Source: Pseudomonadota bacterium (GTDB taxonomy: Bacteria; Pseudomonadota; Alphaproteobacteria; Caulobacterales; Hyphomonadaceae). Taken from it: a stretch of DNA of 46,349 bases. The notes under the pieces are model-generated. The model did not search any database and was not told the origin of the DNA. It saw only the letters and a list, made by a program, of their open reading frames with translations. Position 1 is the stretch's first letter. Each line of letters starts with the position of its first letter. This document shows positions 9,058-17,204 of the stretch, in pieces. The stretch spans positions 1-46,349 of the forward strand of contig JBCBAO010000001.1 of the NCBI GenBank assembly GCA_038532405.1, read 5' to 3'. The translations under genes and the position numbers were made by a program.

Positions 9058-9141
9058 TCACTTTTGCTTCTCTGGCCCACGCCGATCCAAAAGTTCCAGA
9101 AGTGGTCCGATATGGTTCACAACACACTTTTCTAGATCACG
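9058..9141 (-). pseudogene. remnant of the C-terminus of a paralogous large serine recombinase gene
   Basis: The minus strand translates DLEKCVVNHIGPLLELLDRRGPEKQK*. The intact recombinase has LVNHVGPLLELMRKYK near its C-terminus. At nucleotide level 9091-9120 matches 9690-9719 (aagttcNagaagtggtccgaNNtggttcac, 27 of 30). An in-frame stop lies immediately upstream at 9142-9144. Confidence 0.6.
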
Positions 9142-9604
9142 CTAGAAGCCACCATATTGGCTCAGTAAATGTGCTGAATACTAGACACAGACAATAAATA
9201 TTGTTTATATACAAATAGATAGTCTTTACTCTAATGGGCTCTTCATGAGCATACTCGTTAATTGCCAAGTGGAGGAAAAGACATGCTCGCTGGACATTCA
9301 GGTGCCACGGCTGGATATGACAGTGGTTCATTCACATAAGACATTTTCGACAGCAGCGGTAACTGGGTAGGGTTTATTTCTCCCGATGAGATTATAGATC
9401 TTGGCGATGAACGCACCCCAGCTGATATCATTGGAGCATCGTGTCCAGAACGGAGTGGTGTTCTCAATTCAGCAAGGTGGATTAAGCTTTTTCCTCAAGG
9501 AAAGATCGTTACGCTTCAATCGCTATGCTAAACAAAGCCCCAAAGACACCCCCCCAAAGGTGAGGTCTTTGCGGGCTATTTTTGTTTATGGAGACAGCCA
9601 GGTG

Positions 9605-11140
9605 CTAGGGCTGCTGGTTTTTCAGGTTCCGCTTCCATTGCGGAATTTCCACATCCTTTGATTTCTCCTCAGAAGATAGTTTGTATTTCCTCATAAGTTC
9701 GAGAAGTGGTCCGACGTGGTTCACCAAAGGGGTCAGTTCGGAAAAATCACGACTGATGAGCCAAGAAAACGGCTCAATACATGGCTCATCTCCCAAAACA
9801 CTGAGGTTCGAGAAGCAGTTTGCCAGCAAGAACCGTTTTTCTTCCGGAACCAGCGTTTCGTGAAGCTCTGTCAGGCTCGTTATCAGTTCGAGAAATTTCT
9901 CCAGTTGAGCCTCCGAAAGGTCTGATTTTACCAGTTCCACACGTTCTTCTTTGAGCTGCGCAACTTCCAGCTTCATCGATTGCTTGCGCGCATCATGCGC
10001 ATGTCGATCTATTGCACCGTCCAATAGCAGGTCGGTCAATCTCTCGAGGCGTTCTTCGGCTTTGGCAATCCGTAGATCAATCGAAGTCACCATTGCGCTT
10101 CGTTCCTCTGTATTGAGCCATTTCAACCAGTCGGCACGCAACTTTTCGGCATCTGTCTCTGATAAAGACAGGCGCTCATATGCCGTCGAAATCGCTCCTT
10201 CGAGTCGATCTTCCCGAATGATGTTTTTGGGGCAGTCCTTTGTTTGACACCGGTAATAGACGAAGGTTTTCTGACGTTCAGGGATCATGGCGCGTGAACA
10301 CAAGGCGCATTGAAACAGACCTCGATACAAATGATTGTGCCGCGTAACTTTCTTCCCAGCCTTTCCTGCTTTGATATCTTGCACACGCTGGAAAAGCCGC
10401 ACCGATATGAGTGGTTGATGGACCCCATCGTAGACTTCACCGGTCCGCTCTATCTGGATTTGACCCGTATAGAATGGGTTGCGAAGGATGGTCTCAATGC
10501 CATGTTTCGTGACGGGTTTTTCGATGTGATTTCTGAGGCCTCGGCGCTCCATCTCCAGCTGCAATGAGTTGATTGAAAATTGCCCGGACGAATAGAGATC
10601 AAAAGCTGCTTTGATCAAAGGTGCTTTTGCGGGGCAAGGTGTCTTGGGCTTACCACGGCCATTATCGAGGTATCCGATTGGTGCCCTGAACGGGTAAAGT
10701 CCTTGCTTCAAACGTCCGCGCAAACCTTTGATGCACTCTTCGCGAAGATTGTGGATGTAGTCTTCTGCAATCACTGCCTGGAGGTTAGCAGACAAGCGTC
10801 CACCGCGCGTATCCAGATCCAGGCCATCTGCAACAAAATATGGTTTGACGCCGTATGATGGCAGTTCCGATATGTGCGTCCAGTCCCGCAAGTTGCGAGC
10901 TGAGCGGTCGATCTTGTGCATGATCAGACCTTCAGCACACCCTTTCTTTAGCTGCTGAAGCATCAGATTAAACACGCGTCGTCCTGACTTGGCCGCCGTT
11001 TCCTTTTCTTCGAACCATTGAGTGATTGTCAGGTCGTTTTGACTCGCAAAAAGCGTTATCGCGTCCTTTTGCGCTTCGAGCGAAACACCCTCACCTTGCT
11101 TCTGGGTGGACACTCGAATGTATCCAAAACAGGGTTTCAT
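9605..11140 (-). CDS. large serine recombinase (resolvase catalytic domain, recombinase domain, zinc ribbon, coiled coil)
   Basis: 511 aa. The N-terminus CFGYIRVSTQKQGEGVSLEAQ carries the catalytic Ser context, followed by LIMHKIDRSARN. The Cys cluster is CALCSRAM...YYRCQTKDC. The C-terminal region is a long charged helix. Confidence 0.92.
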   Translation of the reverse strand: MKPCFGYIRVSTQKQGEGVSLEAQKDAITLFASQNDLTITQWFEEKETAAKSGRRVFNLMLQQLKKGCAEGLIMHKIDRSARNLRDWTHISELPSYGVKPYFVADGLDLDTRGGRLSANLQAVIAEDYIHNLREECIKGLRGRLKQGLYPFRAPIGYLDNGRGKPKTPCPAKAPLIKAAFDLYSSGQFSINSLQLEMERRGLRNHIEKPVTKHGIETILRNPFYTGQIQIERTGEVYDGVHQPLISVRLFQRVQDIKAGKAGKKVTRHNHLYRGLFQCALCSRAMIPERQKTFVYYRCQTKDCPKNIIREDRLEGAISTAYERLSLSETDAEKLRADWLKWLNTEERSAMVTSIDLRIAKAEERLERLTDLLLDGAIDRHAHDARKQSMKLEVAQLKEERVELVKSDLSEAQLEKFLELITSLTELHETLVPEEKRFLLANCFSNLSVLGDEPCIEPFSWLISRDFSELTPLVNHVGPLLELMRKYKLSSEEKSKDVEIPQWKRNLKNQQP

Positions 11141-11292
11141 ACATCGGTCTTAGTATCTTCGGACTCTACCATATCTGCAGAACTTGACAAATCTGCGTCG
11201 TTCTTCCACGGCCAGGTACCATCGCGTTTCATCCGATCGTAAACGCGTTGGCATAGCTCCAAATGTCTTTGTAAGTGCTCGTTTTTGTCCAT
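11137..11292 (-). CDS. possible 51-aa ORF translationally coupled to the serine recombinase
   Basis: Hand translation of the minus strand gives MDKNEHLQRHLELCQRVYDRMKRDGTWPWKNDADLSSSADMVESEDTKTDV*. Its TGA overlaps the recombinase ATG (ATGA). It is below the 60-aa cutoff of the ORF track. No clear Shine-Dalgarno is present. Confidence 0.3.
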   Translation of the reverse strand: MDKNEHLQRHLELCQRVYDRMKRDGTWPWKNDADLSSSADMVESEDTKTDV

Positions 11293-11346
11293 AGGAACAT
11301 GCTAACTTTTGGAGCCTGTCCCTGCCTAGTAGTCACATTATCAATC

Positions 11347-12549
11347 TCACCGATATGGTGGATACATGGTGGCCGAGAATGGTCTGAACCGGACGCCTTT
11401 GTGCATCAGCCAAACGGTGGATCGATGGTTCGCCTGGTTCTGAAAATCAAGCGCTGAGAATGGCGGTAAGAAGCGCTCAAAGAAGGGCGCATCATTCGCA
11501 CCGAGACGATAGACCATCATGGTGCCCACGTTGCCCAGGATGGCATCACGCACCTCTGTGTCGGTTTGCGAGAGATGTTGATGCGCAAGGATAAGACCCA
11601 AACCATACTTGCGCGCCTCAGACAGCAATCCAGCAAAAGTCTTGGTCGTCAGGTTGTGGAACTCGTCGACGTAGAGGAAGAACGGACGTCGCGCCAGTGC
11701 GGGCATGCCATGTCTTGTGAAGGCGGCCTGCATGATCGTGGATGTGATCAGGCCACCCATGATGTTGGAGATGTCCGTGCCGAGCCGCCCCTTTGCTAGA
11801 TTGATGATGAGCGCCTCGCCACCGTCCATGATGGATCGAAACCGAAGCGTTTGGCGTGGTTCACACAGCGCTGTCCTCACCGCAGGATGCGCCAGAAATG
11901 CGCCGATCTTGTTTGCCACAGGGCTCACGCCATCGGCGCTGGTTTGATAATTCATGGCGGGGAATTCATGTTTCCAGAAGAACCGTGCTTGTGGATCAGT
12001 GAGGCTTTCCGTGATCTGGCGACGAAAACCTTTGTACACGAAGAGCTTAAGGAGATCTCTTAGATCAGCCTGAGACTGCTCCAAAAGCGCCAGGATCGCA
12101 TAGCGCAACAGGTGCTCCATCCGCGCGCCCCACGCATCTGGCCATTGCTTTTTGAGCGCCTCAATGAAGGCAGAGGCGACGAGCGGGCGGTACTGCTCAC
12201 TCACGCGCCGCAACGGATTGTATCCCAACGGACAAGCAGGATCGGCCACGTTCCAGTAGAGATGATCCGCCCGGAGTTGGCGATGCAGGCTTTCGGCAAG
12301 ATCGCCATGCGGGTCGACCAAACAGAATCCCGTGCCCTGGTTGAAATCTTGCCACGCCAGGTTCTGCAGCAAAGTCGACTTACCCGTCCCGGTTTGGCCG
12401 ATGACGTACATATGCATCAGCCGATCCGGCTCGGTAATTGCAAATGGTTTTGGATCTTCATAGCGCTGATAGGCCATTCCTAAGGTGGTTGATTTAGGCA
12501 TCAACGCATTTTCAGCGCTGAGGTCTCCTAGCGCTAGCAGGCTGCACAT
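11347..12549 (-). CDS. VirD4/TraD-like coupling-protein-type P-loop ATPase (FtsK/HerA superfamily), short form without TM region
   Basis: 400 aa. Motifs are Walker A GQTGTGKS, Walker B FFLYVDEFHN, and ARKYGLGLILAHQHLSQ, which is shared with the 691-aa paralog at 17204. The start codon is ambiguous, with several in-frame Met. Confidence 0.75.
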   Translation of the reverse strand: MCSLLALGDLSAENALMPKSTTLGMAYQRYEDPKPFAITEPDRLMHMYVIGQTGTGKSTLLQNLAWQDFNQGTGFCLVDPHGDLAESLHRQLRADHLYWNVADPACPLGYNPLRRVSEQYRPLVASAFIEALKKQWPDAWGARMEHLLRYAILALLEQSQADLRDLLKLFVYKGFRRQITESLTDPQARFFWKHEFPAMNYQTSADGVSPVANKIGAFLAHPAVRTALCEPRQTLRFRSIMDGGEALIINLAKGRLGTDISNIMGGLITSTIMQAAFTRHGMPALARRPFFLYVDEFHNLTTKTFAGLLSEARKYGLGLILAHQHLSQTDTEVRDAILGNVGTMMVYRLGANDAPFFERFLPPFSALDFQNQANHRSTVWLMHKGVRFRPFSATMYPPYR

Positions 12550-12691
12550 GGGTTGAATCCATATCGTGCATACTAGCGCGGTTTGAGACCGTCAGGCACA
12601 ATGGCCTCAGATCGTTCTTTCCACGCCATCGCCTTCAGTAGAGCGCTCAGGACATCCGTCCTGGTCGCTCCAACCTGAAGGGAGATGCACT

Positions 12692-13222
12692 ATGGAAAAA
12701 CCATCCGAAGACATTGAAGCCACCATTGGATCTGTGCCGCGCTGTCAGGCCTGTGGAAGCGAACGTGTGGTACGCGACGCCTGGGCTTGCTGGAACCCAG
12801 CTTCCGGTTTGTGGGAGCTCGAACAGGTGTTTGACGACGCTCATTGCCATGCCTGCGAAGACGCGGCGACATTGATTTGGTCCCGCCCTGAGCAACCGCC
12901 TCATCTGCGCATTCGTGAGCTCAATGATCGTTTGCGTCGTGAAGGTCTCGGCCAAGGCGCGGTGATGGTGACATCGGGCTTGCAAGCGCACGGCAGTCAG
13001 TTCGTCGTTGATGCCGTGAATGCTGTTCGGGCATTCGACAGTTTCGACCATGAGAATGATCCTTGGGGCGAACATGACTTTGGTGCCGTCAAAGTGCGCG
13101 GAGAGAAGGTGTTCTTCAAAATCGACTATTACGATCCGACACTGCGAAACGGCTCAGAAAACCCTGCCAATGAAGGCTGCACTCATAGGGTACTGACCAT
13201 CATGTTGGCCTCGGAGTATTGA
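12692..13222 (+). CDS. DUF3768-family protein with N-terminal Cys-rich (zinc-ribbon-like) extension
   Basis: 176 aa with SD AAGGGAG 8 nt upstream. The C-terminal HENDPWGEHDFGAVKVRGEKVFFKIDYYD...HRVLTIMLASEY matches my memory of DUF3768 proteins common on alphaproteobacterial plasmids and ICEs. The N-terminus has CQACG...HCHAC. Confidence 0.7.
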   Translation: MEKPSEDIEATIGSVPRCQACGSERVVRDAWACWNPASGLWELEQVFDDAHCHACEDAATLIWSRPEQPPHLRIRELNDRLRREGLGQGAVMVTSGLQAHGSQFVVDAVNAVRAFDSFDHENDPWGEHDFGAVKVRGEKVFFKIDYYDPTLRNGSENPANEGCTHRVLTIMLASEY

Positions 13223-13597
13223 GTTCTAAACTGATCATTTCAATCCCATCGATACGCTGCCTGCTAGTCAGACGGCGTTTTCTATTTTTGAGTTCGGCGA
13301 TCTTGTAAGAATGGGTGGTGAAAATCCGTCATCACTGATGCAGCTCCGTCAGCCGCAGCCGTCTCTCGGGGCTCATTCACATCAGATCTAGATGTTGCTG
13401 AGCCGCTGAACCTCTGTCTGGCAGAAACGAACATATGTGCATGGGATGTTGGTTTGCTGCCGGCCCCTCAAGGGTCCGGTCTACTAAGACCAAAAGCCCA
13501 GTGCGATGTTCATTCTCCGCCGAAAGTACACCTTTCTACCGCCATATCGATCCAGCCCATATTGTGCCTACTAGTGCGTTCAAAGCTGGCGACTTAG

Positions 13598-13614
13598 ACT
13601 GATGCTCTATCAGT
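13598..13614. promoter_or_regulatory. perfect 6-bp inverted repeat (ACTGAT-N5-ATCAGT) 16 nt upstream of the XRE gene; candidate operator
   Basis: The sequence reads actgatgctctatcagt at 13598-13614. Its position just upstream of an HTH repressor gene is the only functional argument. Confidence 0.25.
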
Positions 13615-13629
13615 TTAATGTAATCGTTT

Positions 13630-13977
13630 ATGAAAACACAATTTGCCCACGACCTGCGCATGGCGCGCAAGAAAGCGGGCTTCAGGCAGTGCGATCTGGC
13701 GCATTTGCTGGCCTGTCACCAGTCCATTCTGTCGACCCTTGAAAGGGGCAAGCAAAGGCCAAGCTTGGAACAGATCATAGAGCTATCTTTGATCTATGGC
13801 CGGTCGTTTGAAAGCTTGTTTGCCGAGGTTATGGCAGAGCGCAAGAGGCATCTGCGCAGACGTCTCAAGACCCTGCGAGATCCCAGAAAACGCAAAGCCC
13901 AGACATTTAACCGTCAGCGCTCGTTGCAACGGCTACGCGAGCGCTTGGAACAACCAGACGAGTATGGAGGGGCTTAG
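13630..13977 (+). CDS. XRE-family helix-turn-helix transcriptional regulator
   Basis: 115 aa. LRMARKKAGFRQCDLAHLLACHQSILSTLERGKQRPSLEQIIEL is a classical Cro/C1-type HTH. Confidence 0.8.
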   Translation: MKTQFAHDLRMARKKAGFRQCDLAHLLACHQSILSTLERGKQRPSLEQIIELSLIYGRSFESLFAEVMAERKRHLRRRLKTLRDPRKRKAQTFNRQRSLQRLRERLEQPDEYGGA

Positions 13978-14449
13978 CGTGCTGTCGATTGCGGTCGGAA
14001 CACGACGCGTGGGGTACGTCTTCATCGGTGACGGCCAGCTGTGCGACTGGGGGATCACAGTCAAGTCAGCTAAGACCAAAAGCGATATTGCTGTCTTCGT
14101 GCAAGGATTGATCAGTGAGTTGCAACCCGATGTGGTGGTCTCTGAGAAATGCGACAGGGCCTGCCGAAAGGGCAATCGCACCCGCGCTCTCATTGGAACA
14201 ATCGCAGAGATCGCCAGCCACAACACGGTACTGGATGTGTCGGTGGCAAGACCACGACGCTACAAGTCAAAGTTCGAAGAAGCCGCGTTTCTGGCGAAGA
14301 AGTATCCGGAGATCGAAGGATACATGCCAGAACGCAAACGTCGGTTCTACGAATTCGAGCCACGCAGCATGATGCTGTTTGAGGCCCTAGCCTTGGCCGA
14401 AGACGCCATGCAGGGCCCACCGACGCGTCTCGCTGCCGCCATGGGTTAA
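13964..14449 (+). CDS. hypothetical protein (possible RNase H-like/RuvC-like fold, uncertain)
   Basis: The track ORF 13796..14449 overlaps the XRE gene, so I use ATG 13964 (or GTG 13979), giving a 14-nt overlap. VLSIAVGTRRVGYVFIGDGQL...QPDVVVSEK resembles the RuvC strand pattern, but the first catalytic Asp position is Ala. Function is therefore unassigned. Confidence 0.55.
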   Translation: MEGLSVLSIAVGTRRVGYVFIGDGQLCDWGITVKSAKTKSDIAVFVQGLISELQPDVVVSEKCDRACRKGNRTRALIGTIAEIASHNTVLDVSVARPRRYKSKFEEAAFLAKKYPEIEGYMPERKRRFYEFEPRSMMLFEALALAEDAMQGPPTRLAAAMG

Positions 14450-14475
14450 TCTGTTCTTTCTTGGCCGCTGGCCAA

Positions 14476-14499
14476 CCGCTCCGTTTCGGAGCGGTTTTT
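14476..14499 (+). terminator. rho-independent terminator
   Basis: ccgctccg-ttt-cggagcgg forms a perfect 8-bp GC-rich stem and is followed by ttttt. It lies 27 nt after the 14449 stop. A second small palindrome, ttggccGCTggccaa, lies just upstream at 14461-14475. Confidence 0.6.
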
Positions 14500-14545
14500 C
14501 GTGTGGTACGCCTTCTCGGGGTGACCTGGCTTTGCGAAGGCATGC

Positions 14546-14875
14546 TCAGCCGCAGGTGAAAACTACTCGCTCTTGAAACCGCCCCAGCTTGAAACGCCCC
14601 TGAAACGACGAGCTGTTGAGCCATTTGTCGATCCGGAGGCTTGCCTTATCGATCTTGAACGCTTGACCATCAAACGTGACGCTTTCGGCGATGTAGTCTT
14701 GGTCACTGCTCGGATCATCCCAACGGTAGCTATACACGTCGCCGCTTTTGGTAAGCGTCGCGGGTTTGCCGCCGATTTTTGCTGAATACACGCAGTCCGT
14801 GAGTTCAGCTGTGGCTGATGTTGGAGGGGCCATGGCTATCAGGGCCACAGCAATAACACTTATGATTTTCTTCAT
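14546..14875 (-). CDS. small secreted protein, hypothetical
   Basis: 109 aa with SD GAGGA 5-6 nt upstream of the ATG. The N-terminus MKKIISVIAVALIAMAPPTSATA looks like a signal peptide. Confidence 0.6.
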   Translation of the reverse strand: MKKIISVIAVALIAMAPPTSATAELTDCVYSAKIGGKPATLTKSGDVYSYRWDDPSSDQDYIAESVTFDGQAFKIDKASLRIDKWLNSSSFQGRFKLGRFQERVVFTCG

Positions 14876-15207
14876 ATCCGTCCTCTGTCGTTGCTTTCAT
14901 TTGGTTGGCGGCCGCGCTGTCGAGCGCGCGCCGATTGGCACAGTTGATCCACACGCAGGCCAAATCTTTCCAAAAGCTTTTGAACGTCGGCGGTGCAACA
15001 CTATTGGCAATTCTGTACAGGCCTGAAACTGCGCCGTATGACGGCTTGTTCCGTCCGCTCTTCCGGGTTACTCTAGGCGGACACCGTGCGTAGGCCGTTA
15101 CAAACAAAGGGCTTTCTGCGGGATGCAACAGAATTGCCAATAATGTTGCAGATCATCGACGACCGCAAAATGCGGATTTCTACGATGAGACTTGGACAAA
15201 TACTTCC

Positions 15208-15810
15208 ATGCAAAATACCGCACCCGCATCTGAGATGCGCTTGTACAGCCATGACGGCGAGCGACTGTATATCAATTCTGAGGAACGCCAGAGGTTTTTA
15301 CACGCTGCCCTTCGAGCTTCACCTGATATACGCCGCTTGTGCCTGACCTTGCTCTACACAGGGTGTCGCGTGTCAGAAGCGCTGGAACTAAAGGGACGAT
15401 CGCTGCAGCAGGAGGCGCAGTTGCTGACCTTTCGAACTTTGAAGCGCAGGCGGCACAATGTGTTCAGAGAAGTGCCCATTCCCACCACGCTGGTGAATGA
15501 GTTGTCTTTAGCGGCCAGCACACCTGATGACCTTCTTTGGCCAAACGTGCATCGCAGTACGGCATATCGCGCTGTGAAGTCCGTTATGTCTGCCGCTCAA
15601 ATCAGTGGTGCAAAGGCCTGTCCAAAGGGTTTGCGCCATGGATTCGGCCACTATGCCGTCATCGTCTCTCTGGTGCCGCTCAACATCGTTCAAAAGTGGA
15701 TGGGACATGCGTCTATGAAAACCACGACCATCTACGCCAATGCCGTTGGTCCCGAAGAGTTGGCCCTTGCGCGCCGTATGTGGAATAAGCCACCGCTGCC
15801 GGATCTCTAA
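15208..15810 (+). CDS. short tyrosine recombinase/integrase (catalytic domain only)
   Basis: 200 aa. Motifs are LLYTGCRVSEAL (Arg), GLRHGFGHY (H-x-x-R-like), WMGHASMKTT (His) and IYANAVG (Tyr). Confidence 0.85.
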   Translation: MQNTAPASEMRLYSHDGERLYINSEERQRFLHAALRASPDIRRLCLTLLYTGCRVSEALELKGRSLQQEAQLLTFRTLKRRRHNVFREVPIPTTLVNELSLAASTPDDLLWPNVHRSTAYRAVKSVMSAAQISGAKACPKGLRHGFGHYAVIVSLVPLNIVQKWMGHASMKTTTIYANAVGPEELALARRMWNKPPLPDL

Positions 15811-15889
15811 GGCTTGCCGGGGACAAAGGATTGACAGAACACATCCACAGATTGCACGGTTTCCTCAAAAGCTATTTTAGGGGGAAATT

Positions 15890-16630
15890 ATGCGGTCTTA
15901 TGAAGCTGCGCGTGCCTATTACAGCACTTTGGAATTTTTGGCCTGGGGCGTCATAGCCCTGGGCGCGATCGTCGCCTTTGGCGGCTTGGTCACGGCAAGC
16001 CAAGTCGGGCGCGGTTTCGGCTCAAACGCGTCGACGATCGCCATTGTTTCGGCCTTTGTGCCAGGCGTTGGCTTGGCATTCGTCGGCTTTCTTGGCTTGG
16101 TCATCTGCCAAAATGGACGGGCGGCTGTCGACACCGCCGAGTACAGCCAGCAGATGCTCAAGGTTGCCCGCGACACACTGGAAGTATCAAGGCAAGCGCT
16201 ACGCCAGAATGGTGCGGCTGGCAGCCGATCCTTCAGTGCTGCACCTCAAACAGAAAGGGTAGAACCGCCTCTGACCAGCGACGCATCATTTGCTTCGGTG
16301 AAACCGGCAGAACCAAGTGTTGCATTGCCCGATGCTCAGACCGCACAGCCGATCTCATATAATGGCGCAAAAATTGCCATAGAAAATGGCACCTATAAAT
16401 ACGCCGGTTTGATGTTTCATGAATTAGACAAGGCGAAGGCCTATGTCGATCAGTTAGGCGTCAACGAAAACGCAAACCTCGAACCACTTCCGCAAATTGC
16501 GCCACCCAACGAGACCATCGAATACCGAGGCGTCGAAGTGATAAAACGGGACAACAAATTTCTCGTTGGGGAACGGATTTTTTACAGCGAACACGCCGCG
16601 CAGAAATACGTCGATCGGACTTTGGCGTGA
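15890..16630 (+). CDS. hypothetical membrane protein (two predicted TM helices)
   Basis: 246 aa with SD AGGGGGA upstream. Hydrophobic stretches are LEFLAWGVIALGAIVAFGGLV and IVSAFVPGVGLAFVGFLGLVI. Confidence 0.6.
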   Translation: MRSYEAARAYYSTLEFLAWGVIALGAIVAFGGLVTASQVGRGFGSNASTIAIVSAFVPGVGLAFVGFLGLVICQNGRAAVDTAEYSQQMLKVARDTLEVSRQALRQNGAAGSRSFSAAPQTERVEPPLTSDASFASVKPAEPSVALPDAQTAQPISYNGAKIAIENGTYKYAGLMFHELDKAKAYVDQLGVNENANLEPLPQIAPPNETIEYRGVEVIKRDNKFLVGERIFYSEHAAQKYVDRTLA

Positions 16631-16844
16631 TTAGTTCAGCGCCTTTGTTTGTCGTTGAAATGGCGGAAAGATTGACCCCCAAACGCACCCCCAACCTCTA
16701 TGGGGGTCGAGTGTGGGGATACATAGCTGAACATAGCGCCTCATCGCGTCACCAAACGGGACGTTTTCGCAACGCGACTTCACTCCCTCTCGCTCGTTCA
16801 CCCGCCGCCCCAAAATACAATACTAGCCTCCCCGGCTTACCCTG

Positions 16845-17204
16845 ATGCGTGTCTCCATTTCCCATGACACCGTCCGCAAGGGCTTCATTCTCAAAACCAC
16901 CTATCATGAGGTGATCCTTCAGGTGGCTTTTACTCATGAAGAGAAACAGATCATCACACAAAGAGGCTTACTGAAAACCAAGCTGATGGATCGTCGTCCG
17001 GCCACAGCCAAGGTTGATGATCGAGATGAAAAGTTTGAGCTCCGCGTCGAAGATCTGATGGACGGCGCGATTGATCGATTTCTCTGCGCTACACCGAGCC
17101 AATCCAAAATCTACGAAGAAACGCTACTTGATGCGCTCCAGCAGATGAAACTCTGGCTCGATGATAACGCCGATACGGCGGACCGCACCGTGGTTGAGTT
17201 CTGA
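16845..17204 (+). CDS. hypothetical protein
   Basis: 119 aa. Its stop TGA overlaps the ATG of the downstream ATPase gene (TGATG at 17202-17206), which suggests an operon. Confidence 0.5.
   Translation: MRVSISHDTVRKGFILKTTYHEVILQVAFTHEEKQIITQRGLLKTKLMDRRPATAKVDDRDEKFELRVEDLMDGAIDRFLCATPSQSKIYEETLLDALQQMKLWLDDNADTADRTVVEF

Noticed and set aside
9340-9531. 64-codon open frame on the plus strand that reads protein-like (DIFDSSGNWVGFISPDEIIDLGDERTPADIIG...)
   Set aside because: It has no start codon of any type and a stop immediately upstream. It may be a decayed gene fragment, but I cannot support a feature call without a database search.
13796-13963. Upstream extension of the 13796..14449 track ORF
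   Set aside because: It would overlap most of the XRE gene out of frame. The internal ATG at 13964 (or GTG 13979) gives a normal short overlap instead.
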